DNA of 64,000 nt from Vicugna vicugna (lineage: Eukaryota). Shown one piece after another: positions 1-13,190 of the stretch (positions within the stretch are counted from its first letter, which is position 1; the number at the start of each line of letters is the position of its first letter). The stretch spans positions 3,739,780-3,803,779 of the forward strand of contig MU058009.1 in NCBI GenBank assembly GCA_013265495.1, in the 5' to 3' direction. The notes beneath the pieces were generated by a model. The model made no database searches. It saw nothing but the letters and a program-made list of their open reading frames with translations, and was not told the origin of the DNA. The position numbers and the translations under genes are program-made.

Positions 1-723
1 GAAGAATCAGATTCATTATGTGAAGTGTAATCTCACGAGGAAATATCCAAATATGTCAGCAACACCCAGGACGGGAGGGTGGGGGAGAGGGTGGGCAGTT
101 CAGGGATGGCGTTTGTCGGCTGCTAAACCAGGCGTAGAGGCAGAGAGGCGCTGGGCTCTGAGGCTCCGATGGCAAACAGCCTTCCTTCCGGATTCTGGAG
201 GAGGCCAGGCGAGTGGTGGGGGGGGGGCTTCCTGGAGAAGGAAACTGGGGACTCAGCAGACGCAGGGGACCTCTCCAAAGGCCCCCTTCTTCGTCTGAAA
301 TTCATCTCGGCGATCCTTTCCTCTGTGCTTCTGGCTTTCAGGCTCTGCCCAGACGTCAAGTATAAATTATCCCCCGAGAAGTGTCCTAGGGTGCTTTCTT
401 TCCAGAACATTCTGTAATCATGTCTCCCCTGAACACTCCCGGTTCCTTTCCAGATTTTAGCGGAGCACTGCCTCCTCCCAAGCAGCCTGAATCTTGCGAG
501 TAAAAATACACAGTTCGGGGAGCCTTTCCTGTCACTTGAAACGTGCCTGGTGGGCTGTCACTGTCTTCCTCCTGCACGCACAGGAGGCACGGGGGCTCCT
601 TCCCCGCACCCCCGCGGACGTGGCCCCGCCAGCACCCCAGGGGGAGGCACTGCGGAGCGCTTCAGCGCCGGGCCCACGGCAGGCTTTGCAATTTCCATCT
701 CTGTCCCGCTTCTCATTCCCAGA

Positions 724-835
724 GTGACCTTGGGCAAATCCCTTTCACCTCCCTGAGACTCAGTTTCCACATCTGGAAAGCCGAGATAATAGCTACCTGC
801 CTCCTGGGGGGGATCTGCGAGGCTTAATTAATTAA
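724..835 (+). mobile_element. MIR SINE fragment
   Basis: Core gtgaccttgggcaaat...ctgagactcagtttccacatctggaaagccgagataatag matches the MIR core consensus. Confidence 0.8.
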
Positions 836-1987
836 TGTTTGGCAGAGCTTCCGAGACCTTCGCTTGAAAGCAGCCTTATGAGCGCAAATTATTATTATTC
901 TATCACAGAAGCCTTCACTCGTTTTGCTGCTGAGGCTAATGATTATTTCTTTCCTGAAGGAAAAAAAAATATTAATTTTAACTCCGAGTAATTTATCAGG
1001 TAGTGGAGAAAAACGTATCCTTTGGCAAGGTCAACGCTGACTGTCTAAGTGGACGTTCCCCAGCCCGTGTCAGGGGAGGCTTGCAGGACGGTCTTTGTGT
1101 TTTGTCGTCTCCCCTGGGCGTCCTCTGTCCCTGCCCTCCTTCTGTCCCTGCCCGGGCTGTCTCTCCGGGTCACGGTGCCGGCCTGGGTGGGCCGGGGCGA
1201 CACCTCTGCTGAATGTGCTTTTGATTTCCGGGCGGAGGGGTCCTGGCCCCGGCGCTGAGCTCCGCCCGCTGCCCTTTCCAGCGGCAGCACCCCCCGCTCT
1301 GGACGTTTCCTCTGGCTCAGCAGCGAAGCCAAATGCCAAGTGTTTTTAAGAAACAAGACTTCAGACAGACCCTTGGACGCATTTCAAATAACCGGGCACC
1401 GTCTCTGTTAAAAGCATCAAGCTGACTTACTGTGTCAGACGACCTGCCTCCCCCGAGACGGTGGCCCGCGTTTCCCACGGGGTACAGGGACGCAGGACTT
1501 GGCAGCCGTTTCCTCATCTTCTCGCTTCTTGCCTGTCCCCGGGGCTGAGCGGACCCCGGGCCCCTGAGGCCGGGAGCTTGCCCGCCCCTCCAGCAGGCTC
1601 CCAGGAGTCCCCCACTTTGCTGTTTCTCAAAACTGCCTCCCAGGGCGCCTGCTGGCGCCTGGCGTGTCCTTGCTCCTGGCCTCGCCCTGCCCTGCCACCC
1701 GGCAGAGTGGTCCGGGCACTCTGTGACGGGGAGCCGGCTCCGGAGCCCGAGGGGGCATTTGGCGTGAGGCTCTCCCTCCCGGTGGCTCACGCCCCGTGTT
1801 GCTGCCTGGGCTTCCCGGATTCCACGGTTAGAGTTAGTGTTGACGCTCTTTCACTGAGGAAGGAACCGAGGAAGAGAAAAATCGCTGTCCGCTGGTTCTT
1901 CCTTCCATCCTGGTACAGGCAGTGCCTCGGCCGCACCCTCCCCGCAAAGCTCAGTCCTCCTACGGCCTCCCTTCGAGAACACCCTCC

Positions 1988-2033
1988 ACACACACTCACA
2001 CAGCCTCATCAGCTCACACACGCCCTCACACAC
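1988..2033. repeat. Degenerate (CA)n microsatellite
   Basis: acacacactcacacag...cacacacgccctcacacac. Confidence 0.6.
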
Positions 2034-3284
2034 TGCCTGCTGTAACCTAAACCCTCGGCTTTCCCTTGGGTGCCTTCATGTACGAATGGCCCCGGCCGCA
2101 GCCACCTGCCCTTTGCCGGACTCCTAGGACCTGTGTTACCGGGTCCAGGCTCGTACTGCTCGGTAACATGACAGGCCCCTAGACCGAGAGACAAGCTGTC
2201 AGGACAAGAAATAGCGACTTTGTTCTGAAAGCCAGCAGGTGGAGAAGACGGTGGACTAGCGTCCCAAAGAATCATCTCGCCCAAGTTAAAGTTCAGGCTC
2301 CTCTTATACTAAAAGGAGAGGGAGTGAAGTCAAGCGGTTCCTGTTTCTGGTCGCCCTCCGGAGGGGCTGTGTCAGTTCCTTCCTTCCTGCCGTCGTCCAC
2401 CTGTGGGCCTGGTCGGGACGTTTCCTGTGAGCTAAACAAAGGTATTTTAGCTTAGCACTCGTGACCTGGGAGGCAGGGTTCCCAGAGATGGGCCTTTGTG
2501 TGTCGTTGAGGCTTATAGGCAGCATCCCTTTGTTGTTGGACTTGCAGCAAAAGCAGTGGGTACAGAGGTGAAAGTAAACGAGACAGGCCCAGCCTGGGCT
2601 CAGAGCTGTTCTTCCCTGCTACACCCGCAGTGGGCGCCATCCCCGCCTGAGTGTGGCACCTGGAAGACAGACACCGACTCCAGGGCTCCTCGGGCCTCGC
2701 GTGGTCATGAGATGTCCAGCGTGGCGAGAACCGCAGCGATTCCCGGGGCCCAGGGGACGTCTGTCTGCCGGCTGCCCGTCGGGTGCTGTGACGGTTCCCC
2801 ACACGGGCCCCGCTGGGTGACAGCTGCAGACCAGCCCCCCGTGCTGGCCTCTGATCTCACCTGCAGGTGTTTCTTGACTCAAAGTCTGCCTCCAGCCTCC
2901 ACGAAACTCGGTCGTTTCATAAGCATTTCATGTTCCACTCTTCTGTGCCTCTATGCGTGCTGGTCCTCTGCCTGGAGTGGCAGTAACTCCACTTTCCATC
3001 CAGAGAAATCCAACCAGTATTCTTGGCCCTGCTCACTGTTCCCCTCAGTGAGGTTTCTGGGTCTGCTCCCAGCGCCCACTCCCTTCCAGGTGCTTGGAGC
3101 AGCAGGTCCCACTTCTTGTATGCTTCTGCCGGACCTAAGGGTCCCCTCCCTGTGTGCCCCCCCAGACTTGGGGGACCCTCTCCTGTGTACCCTCCCTGGA
3201 CCTGGGGGTAGTTGGATGATTCACGTGCTCCATGCTGGGCTGACCATGTATATTTTCATGGCTCCTTCTTCTAATCCAGAAGTA

Positions 3285-3342
3285 TCTTGAGAACAGCGCC
3301 TGGCCCTTCCTTGGAACCAAACACATATTTAATGAATGAATG
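3285..3342 (+). mobile_element. L2 LINE 3' end fragment
   Basis: agaacagcgcctggc...catatttaatgaatgaatg resembles the L2 3' terminus with its (TGAA)n tail. Confidence 0.6.
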
Positions 3343-4134
3343 TGTGAGCAAAAAGTGCCTCTCTGTTCCACATTTTTAGGGCAAAACTTAATCATACGTT
3401 TGATGTATTTTGCATATGGGCCAGAAGCACATCTGAGAAATCTGCGCAGGGTGCCAAGTCCCTCCAGGCTGTCTGCACAGCCCTGCCGCTCAGCACGGTC
3501 CAGGGTGTCCACCAGAACCACTGCACTCGCTCTGGTCCAGCGAAGCCGCAGGCGTGTTGTAGCGCCTGCTCGATCGGTCAGTGGCCTTAAGGGAGAGTCA
3601 CGATCCTTATGCCAACTCATCTACAGACGCAGGAAGTCCTACCTCTGTTCTGCCTTCAGTCCAGCCGCCCCAAGCTGGAAGACACTGCATTTTCAAGGAG
3701 GGTGAGCAGTCTGTTTGCTCACACACCGAGACGGAAGTGGTTGGGGAGGAAAATGTGCTGTGGATGTAAGACGATATTATCAGAAACCTGTTAAATGGGC
3801 TCCTGGCGTGTGCTCTTAACGTCTCTCCTTCAAGAAAACCGCCCCACACCGTGTCTCGTTTTGTGCAGTCAATGCGATCCTGATAAGACCTCTCACAGCA
3901 CTTGCGGTGCCAGAAGAAATTAAACATCCAGGGGTCTCCTCCTGTGCCACACTGAGCTCAAGTGATGCCACTAAACTGGCAGACACATCCGTCTGTTCTT
4001 GCAAGCGACTAAGTCTTCCTGGCAGAATGCGTTACAGTTTCCTTAACAGCAAGGAGATAAAAACAAATCAGGAGGCCCTTTATTCTGCCTTTGTGCTGCT
4101 TTCTCCGGGAGGGAGCCTTGGTGTGCCTGCCTGC

Positions 4135-4164
4135 GGTGCGTGTGTGTGTGCGCGCGTGTGTGTG
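4135..4164. repeat. (TG)n/(CG)n alternating purine-pyrimidine tract
   Basis: gtgcgtgtgtgtgtgcgcgcgtgtgtgtgc. Confidence 0.8.
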
Positions 4165-6094
4165 CAGAACGCTGCAGGACACGGCTGCTCACCTCATCAC
4201 ACACGCAGTGTGAGTCTTGAGCTTTCCAAGGCTGACCCTCTTTTCCTGGCCATTCTGTTAATTGAACCAACCACGCCAACTCCAGAAACGCAGGGACAGT
4301 CTTGTCAGCGGGGGACGGCACCTGGCACCTCTCAGCCAAATGTGGCACAACTTTAAACCGATTAATAAAACTCTTAAAAGGATGATAAGGTCGGGCAAAG
4401 TACGAAGGGTTCCTGCTCTCACTTGGATTGTATTTTTATTAAGCTGTGAGCTGTGTTTTTTTTTAAAAAAAAAAAAAGACAGGGAGAAAGGAAGCAAGAA
4501 AGAGAGACTTTCATAGCCTGCAGCCTCTTGTTTGCAGATTATTTTCCAAAGATGCTCAGTAGAATATCAATTGCCTGCGATTAGAAGTCCCGCCAGGTAC
4601 TGCCTTGAAAGGAAGAGGCTTTAGAAGTGAGAGCAGTTCCTCTGAAAAGCCACGCATTTTAGATTTGAAAAATGGTGCAGCTGAAATTTTGCTTTCACAT
4701 TGGGCAGAGCAAGACAGGGGGCTTGGAAGATGGGGCCAGGCTGGGGTGAGGGGCCGGGTTTGAAAGGAAGGCCCCCTGCTCTGCCCCTGTCTATCTCAGT
4801 AAGGAGGGGGCTGGGTCCTCACTGCCAGAGGGGTCTGGGGGCCAGGGGAGGGGCAGGCTGTGGAGGGGGATAAGGAAAAACCTGGAGGCTGGTCAGAGAC
4901 ACCAGACAGACCTCTGGCTCCAGGAGCGCCACGATTCCCATTGGAAGTGCCACCACTCAGGCCTGTTCTGGGCATCCTTTCGTTTCATGAATAATTAGAT
5001 TTGCCCCAAACATTAAAAATGTGTTGTTTACTTTTTTGGAAATGATGATAATTCTAAATGGAAATGTGATCCTGCATCGGCCCAGCTCTGCCCCACAATA
5101 ACTTGGCAGGTGCTCCTGGGTCCATCCCATCTGACCATCACAGAGAGGGGACGGTCCAGCCCTGGCTGGCTGGCTGGCTGGCGGGGTGGAGCATCACCCA
5201 GGTCCCAGGGCCCAAATCTTATAAACGATTTTGGCAACAGAGGTACTGTCACCACGTGTGCTCCACGCACCGTGGTTCCTGGTCCGGTGACCGAGCGGGT
5301 GGGCGGTGGCAGCACCAGCTGCGGGCACTCCCCACACGTGGGACCCACGCCCTGTGGTCCTCGGCATCTGGCTTCTTTCACTCGCCGTGAAGTTTGAAGC
5401 TGTGTCTGTGAGTCAGTGCCTCGCTCTTCTTTATTAGATGCTGTCTTTCTCCCCGTCTTTTACTGAAATTCCTTTTTATTTCTACTTAGTGATGATTCAG
5501 GGTGTTCTCTCTCTCTCTTTTCTAGTCCAAAAACCCTGGGCCTTCTTGTCCAGGCTATGGGTCCATTCTTCGCAGCCCTGGAAACCATTCTTCTTAGAAC
5601 CAGCCGAGCGCCCGCCACGGCCGTGGTCTCCGTGCAGGGCAGCTCGGGGCACCGGGGCTCAGCTTCCTGTCTCGGCCTTTTCTCTTCATTCCTGCTTTCT
5701 TTCCAGATGTTGTTGAGTCTGTCTGCTCCGTCCTCCCTCCCCGCTGATCTTTGCTCTTGAAGCTTCTACCCCGGGGCTCCCCTAACTGCAGGACTGCAGA
5801 GAACAGCTCGCAGCCACTGAACGTATGATTCTTGGACCTCAGTCTCAGAGGCTTCCATTCCTTTCAGCCGAATCAGCATTTTCCGCAAGGTCTCCAGGAA
5901 GCGAGTATGGAGTGGGCGGGATTCCTGCACCCTCTCCTGGTGCCCCGCCTCTCCTCCCCGTGTCCAGGAGCCCTCGGTCCCCTGGCTCTGCCTCCGGTCA
6001 CCAGCTGCTTTCCAGGGACAGGAGAGTCCATTTTCCCTCCAGTCCACCACTGCCCCCCCCCGGCTCCCACCCCACTGTTGAAAAGCTCAAAATC

Positions 6095-6560
6095 TAGTTA
6101 TCTGTTCACGTCTTCCCTGAAGCAGTTACTGAACCTGAGGTGCATCTGGTGGGAGGTGGACAGATCAAGGGAATCGCCCTTGACCCCTGCCCTCAAGGAG
6201 CTCGCCTGCTGGGGCGGGTCCAGGCACGTAACTCCCTCCTCCCAGGCTCCGTCCACCAGGCTGAGGGCTCAAGAAACCCCAAGTGTCCTCTGAGCACCAG
6301 GTCCACAGCAGTGAGCAAGACAGACAGGCCGGTCAGGGAGAGACACAAACACAGAAGGACGCCATGACCAGGGTGTTAAGTGCAGCAGAGGAAACTCAGA
6401 TGCGGACTAGACGGCCTCCTCTCGCCTGGGGGAAAGGGCTCTCAGAAGACGCTTGAAGCTGAGCTATAAGACCAGTTCCTCGAGGATCTTCAGGAAGACA
6501 TCTATGTGAGAGACACAGGCCAGCACAAGACCCAGGGCGCCGTGAAGGGGCCCCTTGGGG
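6095..6560 (-). mobile_element. L2 LINE fragments (probably two)
   Basis: cctgccctcaaggagctc and cagcagtgagcaagacagac, followed by gaagctgag...gacacaggccagcacaagaccc, match the reverse L2 3' region. Confidence 0.55.
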
Positions 6561-7189
6561 CCGGGGCTCAGTGAGGAAGGCCGGAAGCCTGCCTGGCCCT
6601 CGTTCTGGGCCAGGGCCCGCCTCTGATGGAAGAAGAGCTCCTCTGCCTTCCATCCCAATGGGACCCTCCCTCCGCTCAAGCTGAGCTGAGCTCCCAGCCT
6701 CACCTGTCCTTCATGAAGACGTGGCCTGAAGCCGGCGGGGGAGCAGCCCTGAACCGGTGCAGGGAGCGGACAGGCTGCCGCCTGAGGTTTACCCAGGTCC
6801 TCCAGGCGGAAAGTGGACACCGAGCAGACCGAGGACAGACCCCTGTTGCGTCTGAACAGTAGGGTGGGCTGGACTCCTTCTCAAACTCTGAGAATTTCTA
6901 AACCTCGGAAGCCCCGGGTGGACCTTGAAGGAAATGCATTGAGAACGTGTTTACAGGAGTGACTCAGCAGGTCATGAATTTGCAGAATCCTTTCCCACAG
7001 GAAATAATGCAGGCTAACCTGGTAATTTAAAAATAATAACCATTCATTCAAGAAACACCACTGTTTATTATGTGCAGACTCAGAAGTAAACCAGAGCAGC
7101 ACAGTCGCTGACCTCCCAGCGTGGCAGGGTGCCGGGAAGACAGCCACGAGGGAAGTAGCTGAGGCCCCGCGCTGGTGCAGGGTGGTGGG

Positions 7190-7387
7190 GAGAGCAGTGG
7201 CTTTCAGACCAGCCCGGGCTAAATCCTAGTTCTGCTGTGTGGCCTTGGGCAAGTTACCTAGCTGCTCTGTGCCTCAAATGATTAATATGCAAAATAGGGA
7301 TCTTAGTAGGGCCTCATCGGTTATTACAAGAAGAAAAGTGCTTCCAGCGGTGGTGTTTGGCACGCATTAGGTGCTCAGTAAGTATTA
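7190..7387 (+). mobile_element. MIR SINE
   Basis: aaatcctagttctgctgtgtggccttgggcaagttacctag...ctgtgcctca...tggcacgcattaggtgctcagtaagt. Confidence 0.85.
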
Positions 7388-7509
7388 CCCAGGAGGCGAT
7401 GAGTGAATGCAATTTTTAAAAATGCCAGGAGAGGAGGTGGAATCCGGAGTTAACAGGAGCTCCTCACTTGGGCTGGAAGAGCCTCCTGTCGCAGTGACAT
7501 CGCAGTGGC

Positions 7510-7705
7510 TCCAAGCATCGCACCAGTTGATTTACATATATTAACATGAATCCAAAAGCAGTTCTGCAGAGTAGGGATTATGCCTGCTTTAATTTGCCCA
7601 CAAGAAGACTGACATTTTTCAGGAAGTTTGAGTGTCTTGCTCAAGGTCATCTATTGGGAAGCAGAGCTGAGTCCCACGCCAAAGCCCACTCATTCTCAGC
7701 ACCTC
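7510..7705 (-). mobile_element. MIR SINE
   Basis: Reverse core gaagactga...tgtcttgctcaaggtcat...gcagagctgag. Confidence 0.6.
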
Positions 7706-9276
7706 ACGCCACTGCAGACGCAGCTGTGGGAGGGAAGTCCATCATTATTATCGCGAGAACTGAGCTGTTTGGGAACCTGTGCCTCCCACACGTGCCTCTT
7801 GGCGCCGCGGTCGGAGAAGGCTGGCCGAGCAGGAGCAACCGTGCTGCGTGCGTTCCAGGGAGGCAGTTCGGCTCTGTTCTTCCGTGTTCGCTTTCCTTGT
7901 TAAAAAGCGCAGTGTGGAAAGACGAAGGGAGCCCGACCCCCGCTCTGCAGCTGATGCTCAGCACGGGAGGCTGCCGTCTGAGTCCCGTGCTATTTAATTA
8001 AAGCGACATAGGATCCGGCCTTTCAGATCTAGGTCACAAACGTGCTCTGTGCAGAGACGCTCCTTTTTGTAACATGGGCTTTGGGAGGAGGAGAGCGAGC
8101 ATAAAAAGGGTGAAGTCTGTCCTCCTAGGCGACGTGTCGCCTGCATGCCGGCTTTCTGTCCGGTAGAGCCCCGTGGGCTGGGTAAACAGTCTTCAAAGGC
8201 AGTCTGAGACCCTGGTTGGACCCGTTTGAAATAAATTTGCCTGGTACCAAGTGCTTTCAGAAGCACGCGTCAGTATACATAAGGCGCATGCCACAGCCAT
8301 GCCCAGGGTCACCATCTTGCAGGTAAACGTGAGCGCGTGGTCCTCTGAAGCGCAGGAGCGCCGGGGCACACACCGAGCACCACCCTCAGAAAGGACACTC
8401 TGGCCCCAGGGCTTCCCTGGGAGGCGGCCGCCGCGGAGGGGCCCTGATGTCTCACAGTGGGCACATCCCAAGGGCCCCTCCCAGGACTAACATGCTTCTG
8501 ACACTCAGAGCAACTGAATGCTTTTGCCCCCAAGGAAAGCTCCTGTCTGCTCTTCTCCAGAGGGTTCAACCCAACCCGGCCGCCTTCTCTCCGTCTCCCT
8601 TTACCTGGCTGTGCTCTTTGATAGCCGGTGTGACAAAGCTTGGCTGCCACTAATGTTCATGTATAGCATGTTTCTCTTTCCCTCTGGATGACGGTGCGCT
8701 CAATGAAAGACTTCTCGGAGACGGCTCCCTGAATAGAAATGCACCAGAGACAAACAAAGCAGCCGCTCAGACATCCCCAGCAAGGCCCGGGGAGTTTAAA
8801 AAGGGCCCGTCGCCCTAGAAATGAGGCTATTAAGGTGTGACATGATTCTCGCTTTCAGGCAGAAGCTTTTTAAACCGCTGTAGAGCCCAATCAAGAGGAG
8901 ATGAAACTTCAGTGTTTCAAGATATCTAAGTCTGGTGCTGATGAAGGAGGACATGCCGGGACGCACGTGGAATGGGAAGCAGGTCCCTGGCTCCCACCTG
9001 GCTGAGAGCGCACAGCCCTGCCGTCTGTCTGTCCACCTGTCATCTCCCCACACCTCCAGACCAGCAGGACGGGTGGAGAGGGGGCTCGGGCCCAGGAAAG
9101 AAATCGGTCAGAGTCTTGCAGGGACACCCCCACCTCTGTGTGCCTCTCCCTCCCAAGGACAGGGGGTTCCTCAGCAACCAGCCTGGTGACCAGCTGGGAA
9201 AGGGCTGGTGAGTCCAAGCTTCTGGCTGGAGCGAGATGCTCTTTCATCTGTCCTAGAAATACAACTTGACCCACGA

Positions 9277-9450
9277 GAGTGACTTTGGAGCCAGGAAAAG
9301 CTGGGTTTCCATCCCATCCCTGCTAATTAATCACTGTATCCCCGAGCCTCCATTTGCTCATTTGCAAAATGCCTGCCTTTTGAAACTGGAGAGACGAACA
9401 GACAAAATATGTTGCAGGGAGCGCCTGGCTGTGGAAAGCCAGTATAAATT
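9277..9450 (+). mobile_element. MIR SINE
   Basis: gactttggagccagg...ctgggtttcc...gagcctccatttgctcatttgcaaaatg. Confidence 0.65.
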
Positions 9451-10576
9451 AGCCTGTGTGGTGTTTTCAAATGGCAAGCAAACGAAGGCAGGGACTCCCA
9501 GCCGGCAGGTTAGGGCTCGATTCAATTGCAGGTAACTTCGGTTTCTCACAGTTGTTAATCTGAGACAGAAAATGTCTGCTCTTTCTCACAGTCTGGTAGG
9601 TGAACACCTCTCCCAGGCAGATCCAGCTGCTTCTTCCAGAATGGCCCCTCCTCTAAGGTTGCCAGGGGAAGCAGGCAGGAAAACCAATGGAGATGATTTT
9701 AGCCAGCACAAGCACCCTCCTTCCCACCAGCCTTTTCCTGCCCCCAAATCTCTCCTGAATCTGGGTAATACCCGATAGAATTTCTTCGCAGGAGGGTTGG
9801 GGACCTTCTTCTTAAAGAATCAGAATGTGAAGACAGCTACTCAGGCATCTCTGAGATCTTGGTGATGAGAGTGAGTTTACCTCTTTCTGTGGGTTTACTC
9901 TAAGGTGGCAGAAGGATTTTCCACCTGGGAACACTCGAATCCCCCAGGGTCCCTTCTCTGAACCGCCAGGTACGGTCTGGCTGTTGGGAGAGCGTGGAAG
10001 ATTAGGCTCGCTTGTGATGAAGGCGTGTGGGTGCTCTTCCTTCTCCTTCAATGGGGCTCAGTTTCCTTTCTTCCCTCCGTGGCTCCCGCACATGCGTGTT
10101 AGAGCTGGATTCAGGTGTAGCAATGGGGGAGCTGAAGTCCAGGGCACGTGCCTGGATTTTGCAAGGATTCTATAAAGTGCTTGAGAGAAAGACCTAGATC
10201 AGCCTTTTGAGAACCCAATAACCTTGGAAAGCCAGCTTTATTCTTTGTAGTTGCAGGTGAACCGTTCCATGGTGGCTGCGATTTACAACACAGGATCCCG
10301 ACACCCCCACTCTGTTTAGTGAAACATGACTCACGGGTGATTCCAGCTGTACCATATTCTCAACATCCTCAAGTCCAAGAGTCCCTTTAATTTCCTCAAC
10401 ATCCTAGGAAAGAAGGCTCCTTTGTCTTCTCTTTATTTTGCATAAACTGAGACATGGACAGTGGTGATGTGCTTTGTCCAAGGTTGTGCTGTGACGGGGA
10501 GGGGGGGCTTCAGAATCCACACCTGGCGCGTCCCCATGGAGCCACACTGACAGAGTCACAAAATGCAAACCAGAGC

Positions 10577-10610
10577 CTGTGTGTGTGAGTGTGTCTGTAA
10601 GTGTGTGTGC
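10577..10610. repeat. Degenerate (TG)n microsatellite
   Basis: tgtgtgtgtgagtgtgtctgtaagtgtgtgtgc. Confidence 0.6.
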
Positions 10611-11059
10611 ACACAGGTGCGCATTGACACTCACTTAGCGACTGCTGGGGTCCCTTCCTATGACGCTGGTGTCTGCCCGTCGAGGGGAAGGAGGAGGAGG
10701 AAGTGGAAGGAAGCCAGCTGCGTTGCAGGAAGAGGAGTGGCTGGACTTTGTCAGAGAAACAGTATTATCCCTCCCAGACGGTCCTTCCCCCACCCCAGCC
10801 GTGCACTGGGAGCTTCCTCCCCGGCACGCAGCCCTGGTCTCACAGCCGAGGGGCGGGGGCTCTGCCCAGTGCGAGCGCTGCCTCCGTGGGCTGCAGCTGG
10901 GACGGGCCTGGGGCTACTGGAGCAGCAGCAGGCCTCTCCTGGGCTCTGCCCTCTCCAACGAGGCCCCTGCCGGGCTGGTGGCCTGGGTTCTCTCAAGCTC
11001 GGAGGAGACCTTAGACAGCACCCATTTCAACCCATGCTGAGTCCAACAGCACCCTGTTC

Positions 11060-11250
11060 AGCAGGGTTTCCCAGACTGGTTTCCCAGGAAGCCAGTCCCT
11101 TTGGAAGGCTTTCTGAACAGAAGAGGGAGAGGCTCTGTAGTTCACCAGACCACATCTGTTGTACTGGGACTCTATCTTTCGTGTGAAAGACTCACAATAA
11201 AATTTGGCCTATCAAGGCTCTGAGAAGGCCTGCAGCCAGAAACACATAGT
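11060..11250. mobile_element. Possible hAT-Charlie-type non-autonomous DNA transposon relic
   Basis: cagggtttcccagactggtttcc start and aaggctctgagaaggcctgcag resemble ancient MER hAT elements. Subfamily not resolved. Confidence 0.35.
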
Positions 11251-12799
11251 TAAATTATGGTGAGGCTAACCGAATTCTATACAGGTACGGTTTAAACAGC
11301 TTCAGTGGCAGGAAGACCACTGTTACATTAAAACTGGTTCCAAAGCGGTCTTGCAGTTTATGTCTTGTCCCCCATTTTCTCTTCTAGTTAAGACATTCCT
11401 TGAACACAAGGCCTGTATGTCATATGGTTTATGTCATAGCTCAGGACATAGAGACAGGCTGAATCCTGCTCTTTCTCATAGGACGTATAAGGACATTGAT
11501 GCGATACTTCCCAGTGGAACAAGGTACTTCATGAAATAGCCTGGTTTCGTCGTCAGATCACTAGAGCTTTCAAAGTTCAGACAGTTGGTTTGGAATCTCC
11601 CCTCTGTCGCTCCCAGCCTGTTCCTCCTGCTTTTGTCCCCTTCCTGCCTGTGTTTTAGCTGAGTGTCTGCAAGGCTGGGGGGAAGGTGGCAAGAACAGCA
11701 ATGGTGACTCAAGCGCCCCCCAGTTCCCAGAGTCCAAGGTGCAGGGAAGCCCCGTAGACCACCCCTTGGACCACATTTCCTCTTACTGACGAAAATCCTG
11801 TCTCAGACTCTCCATGCTCACTGGGTTCTGTGTGGATTCCAGCCAAATTATCTCAAGTGGCAAATACACTCTAAAAGGTGGAAAAGCACAAAGCATCTTT
11901 CATTACCAGGGTTAAACTTTCATTCCGTTCCCTCGTCCAGTGCGATTCAGGGCCGTGGTCTTCCTACACCTCAACAGGAAACAGAAATACAAACGCCAGC
12001 AGAAAGCCAGCCTCCGACACGGCGTCTAGAGGGTGGGCTGGAAGGAGGGGGTCACCGTGATTTGTGTTCCCTTCTTTCCACTCTGCTCCTGCCGATTAGG
12101 AGGAGGGAGCCAGCCCCCAGACCGTAAATAATGGCTACGCCCCTGAAGTCCCCCTGCTTCAGAGCCCCGGTTCTGTTCACATTGGCTGCACAGCCCACAG
12201 GCCTGCATCCTTTCAACTCTTCTCCCACAGAGCTGGGAAAAGGCGAGAGGAAACAGCAGGATGTGGGTATTTGAGGGGCTTGCTTTCAAAAGGACCGGGG
12301 TCAGCCTGCAGCCAGACGAGCTGCCTGGGTCCCCGCCCCCTCCCTTACAGTGCCCACCGTGGGCTTCCCCGGGCCGTGGCCCCGACCTCCTCCACCCGCC
12401 GTCTGAGCCGTCGCCCTGTTCTCCACCCCGTAAGCCTATCAAAGCCCACTTGTCCTTCCGCCCGCCTCTCTCCATGTTCTGTCCTCCACTGGACTCATCG
12501 GAGAGGCTCTGCCTCTCACCAAACCTTTCATGACTGATGGAAGCTGCTCCCATTTAAGCATAAGCCAGTGCCTCACTCCACAGAAAAGATCTTATCTCTC
12601 CTAGCAGAGTCACCCAGGGAGAGCTCATGGGAACGGAGTCAGCTTCCGAGGCTCCTCAGGAGTGGCCAGTGGGCACCCGCCAGGCCAGGCTGATGGCAAG
12701 ATGAGCCGTGGGGTAAAGCATAAACGCTTGCGTGCTGCCCACAGAGCCCCTGGAGCCAGGGGACCTGTGTCTGCGTCTTCATTCCGCCGTTTTCTTTCT

Positions 12800-12930
12800 G
12801 TGACCCTGGGGAAGTTCTCCATCCTCTCTGCAAAATCAGGCATCGTAGCACCACTGGCAGTTTGGCTGAGTGAGGTTGTCTTTGTCAACTCAGCACAGTG
12901 GCTAGCTCACGGTAAGCGCTCCGAAATGTT
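12800..12930 (+). mobile_element. MIR SINE
   Basis: gtgaccctggggaagtt...ctctgcaaaat...ctcagcacagtggctagctcacggtaagcgctc. Confidence 0.7.
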
Positions 12931-12984
12931 GCTCCCGGTTTGCTGGTTTGCTGATAATGATGTAAGACCATGAAATGTAAGGGC

Positions 12985-13190
12985 AGACGTCAAGGACTTT
13001 GGGGCCAAGCAAACCTGAGTTGGAGTTTTGAGCCTGGTGACTGGCTGCGTGGTTCCACACTGGTCTCACCTCACTTTAGCGTCGGCTTCCTCACTGGTAG
13101 GCGGGGGTGGTCCTGTCCCCCTCACCGGGATGTTGTCAAGGGTGAAGATCATGTGCTTGAAAACGCTTTGTAGCTAGGAGGCATTCGGTA
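12985..13190 (+). mobile_element. MIR SINE (degenerate)
   Basis: ggactttgggg...acctgagttggag...gtcggcttcctcactggta...ggatgttgtcaagggtgaa. Confidence 0.55.

Noticed and set aside
2496..3290. 264-aa ORF
   Set aside because: Non-ATG start, P/S/C/A-rich composition, no domain recognised; expected by chance in GC-rich DNA.
4451..4482. ctgt-T-run/A-run-acag hairpin
   Set aside because: Homopolymer pairing of low information content.
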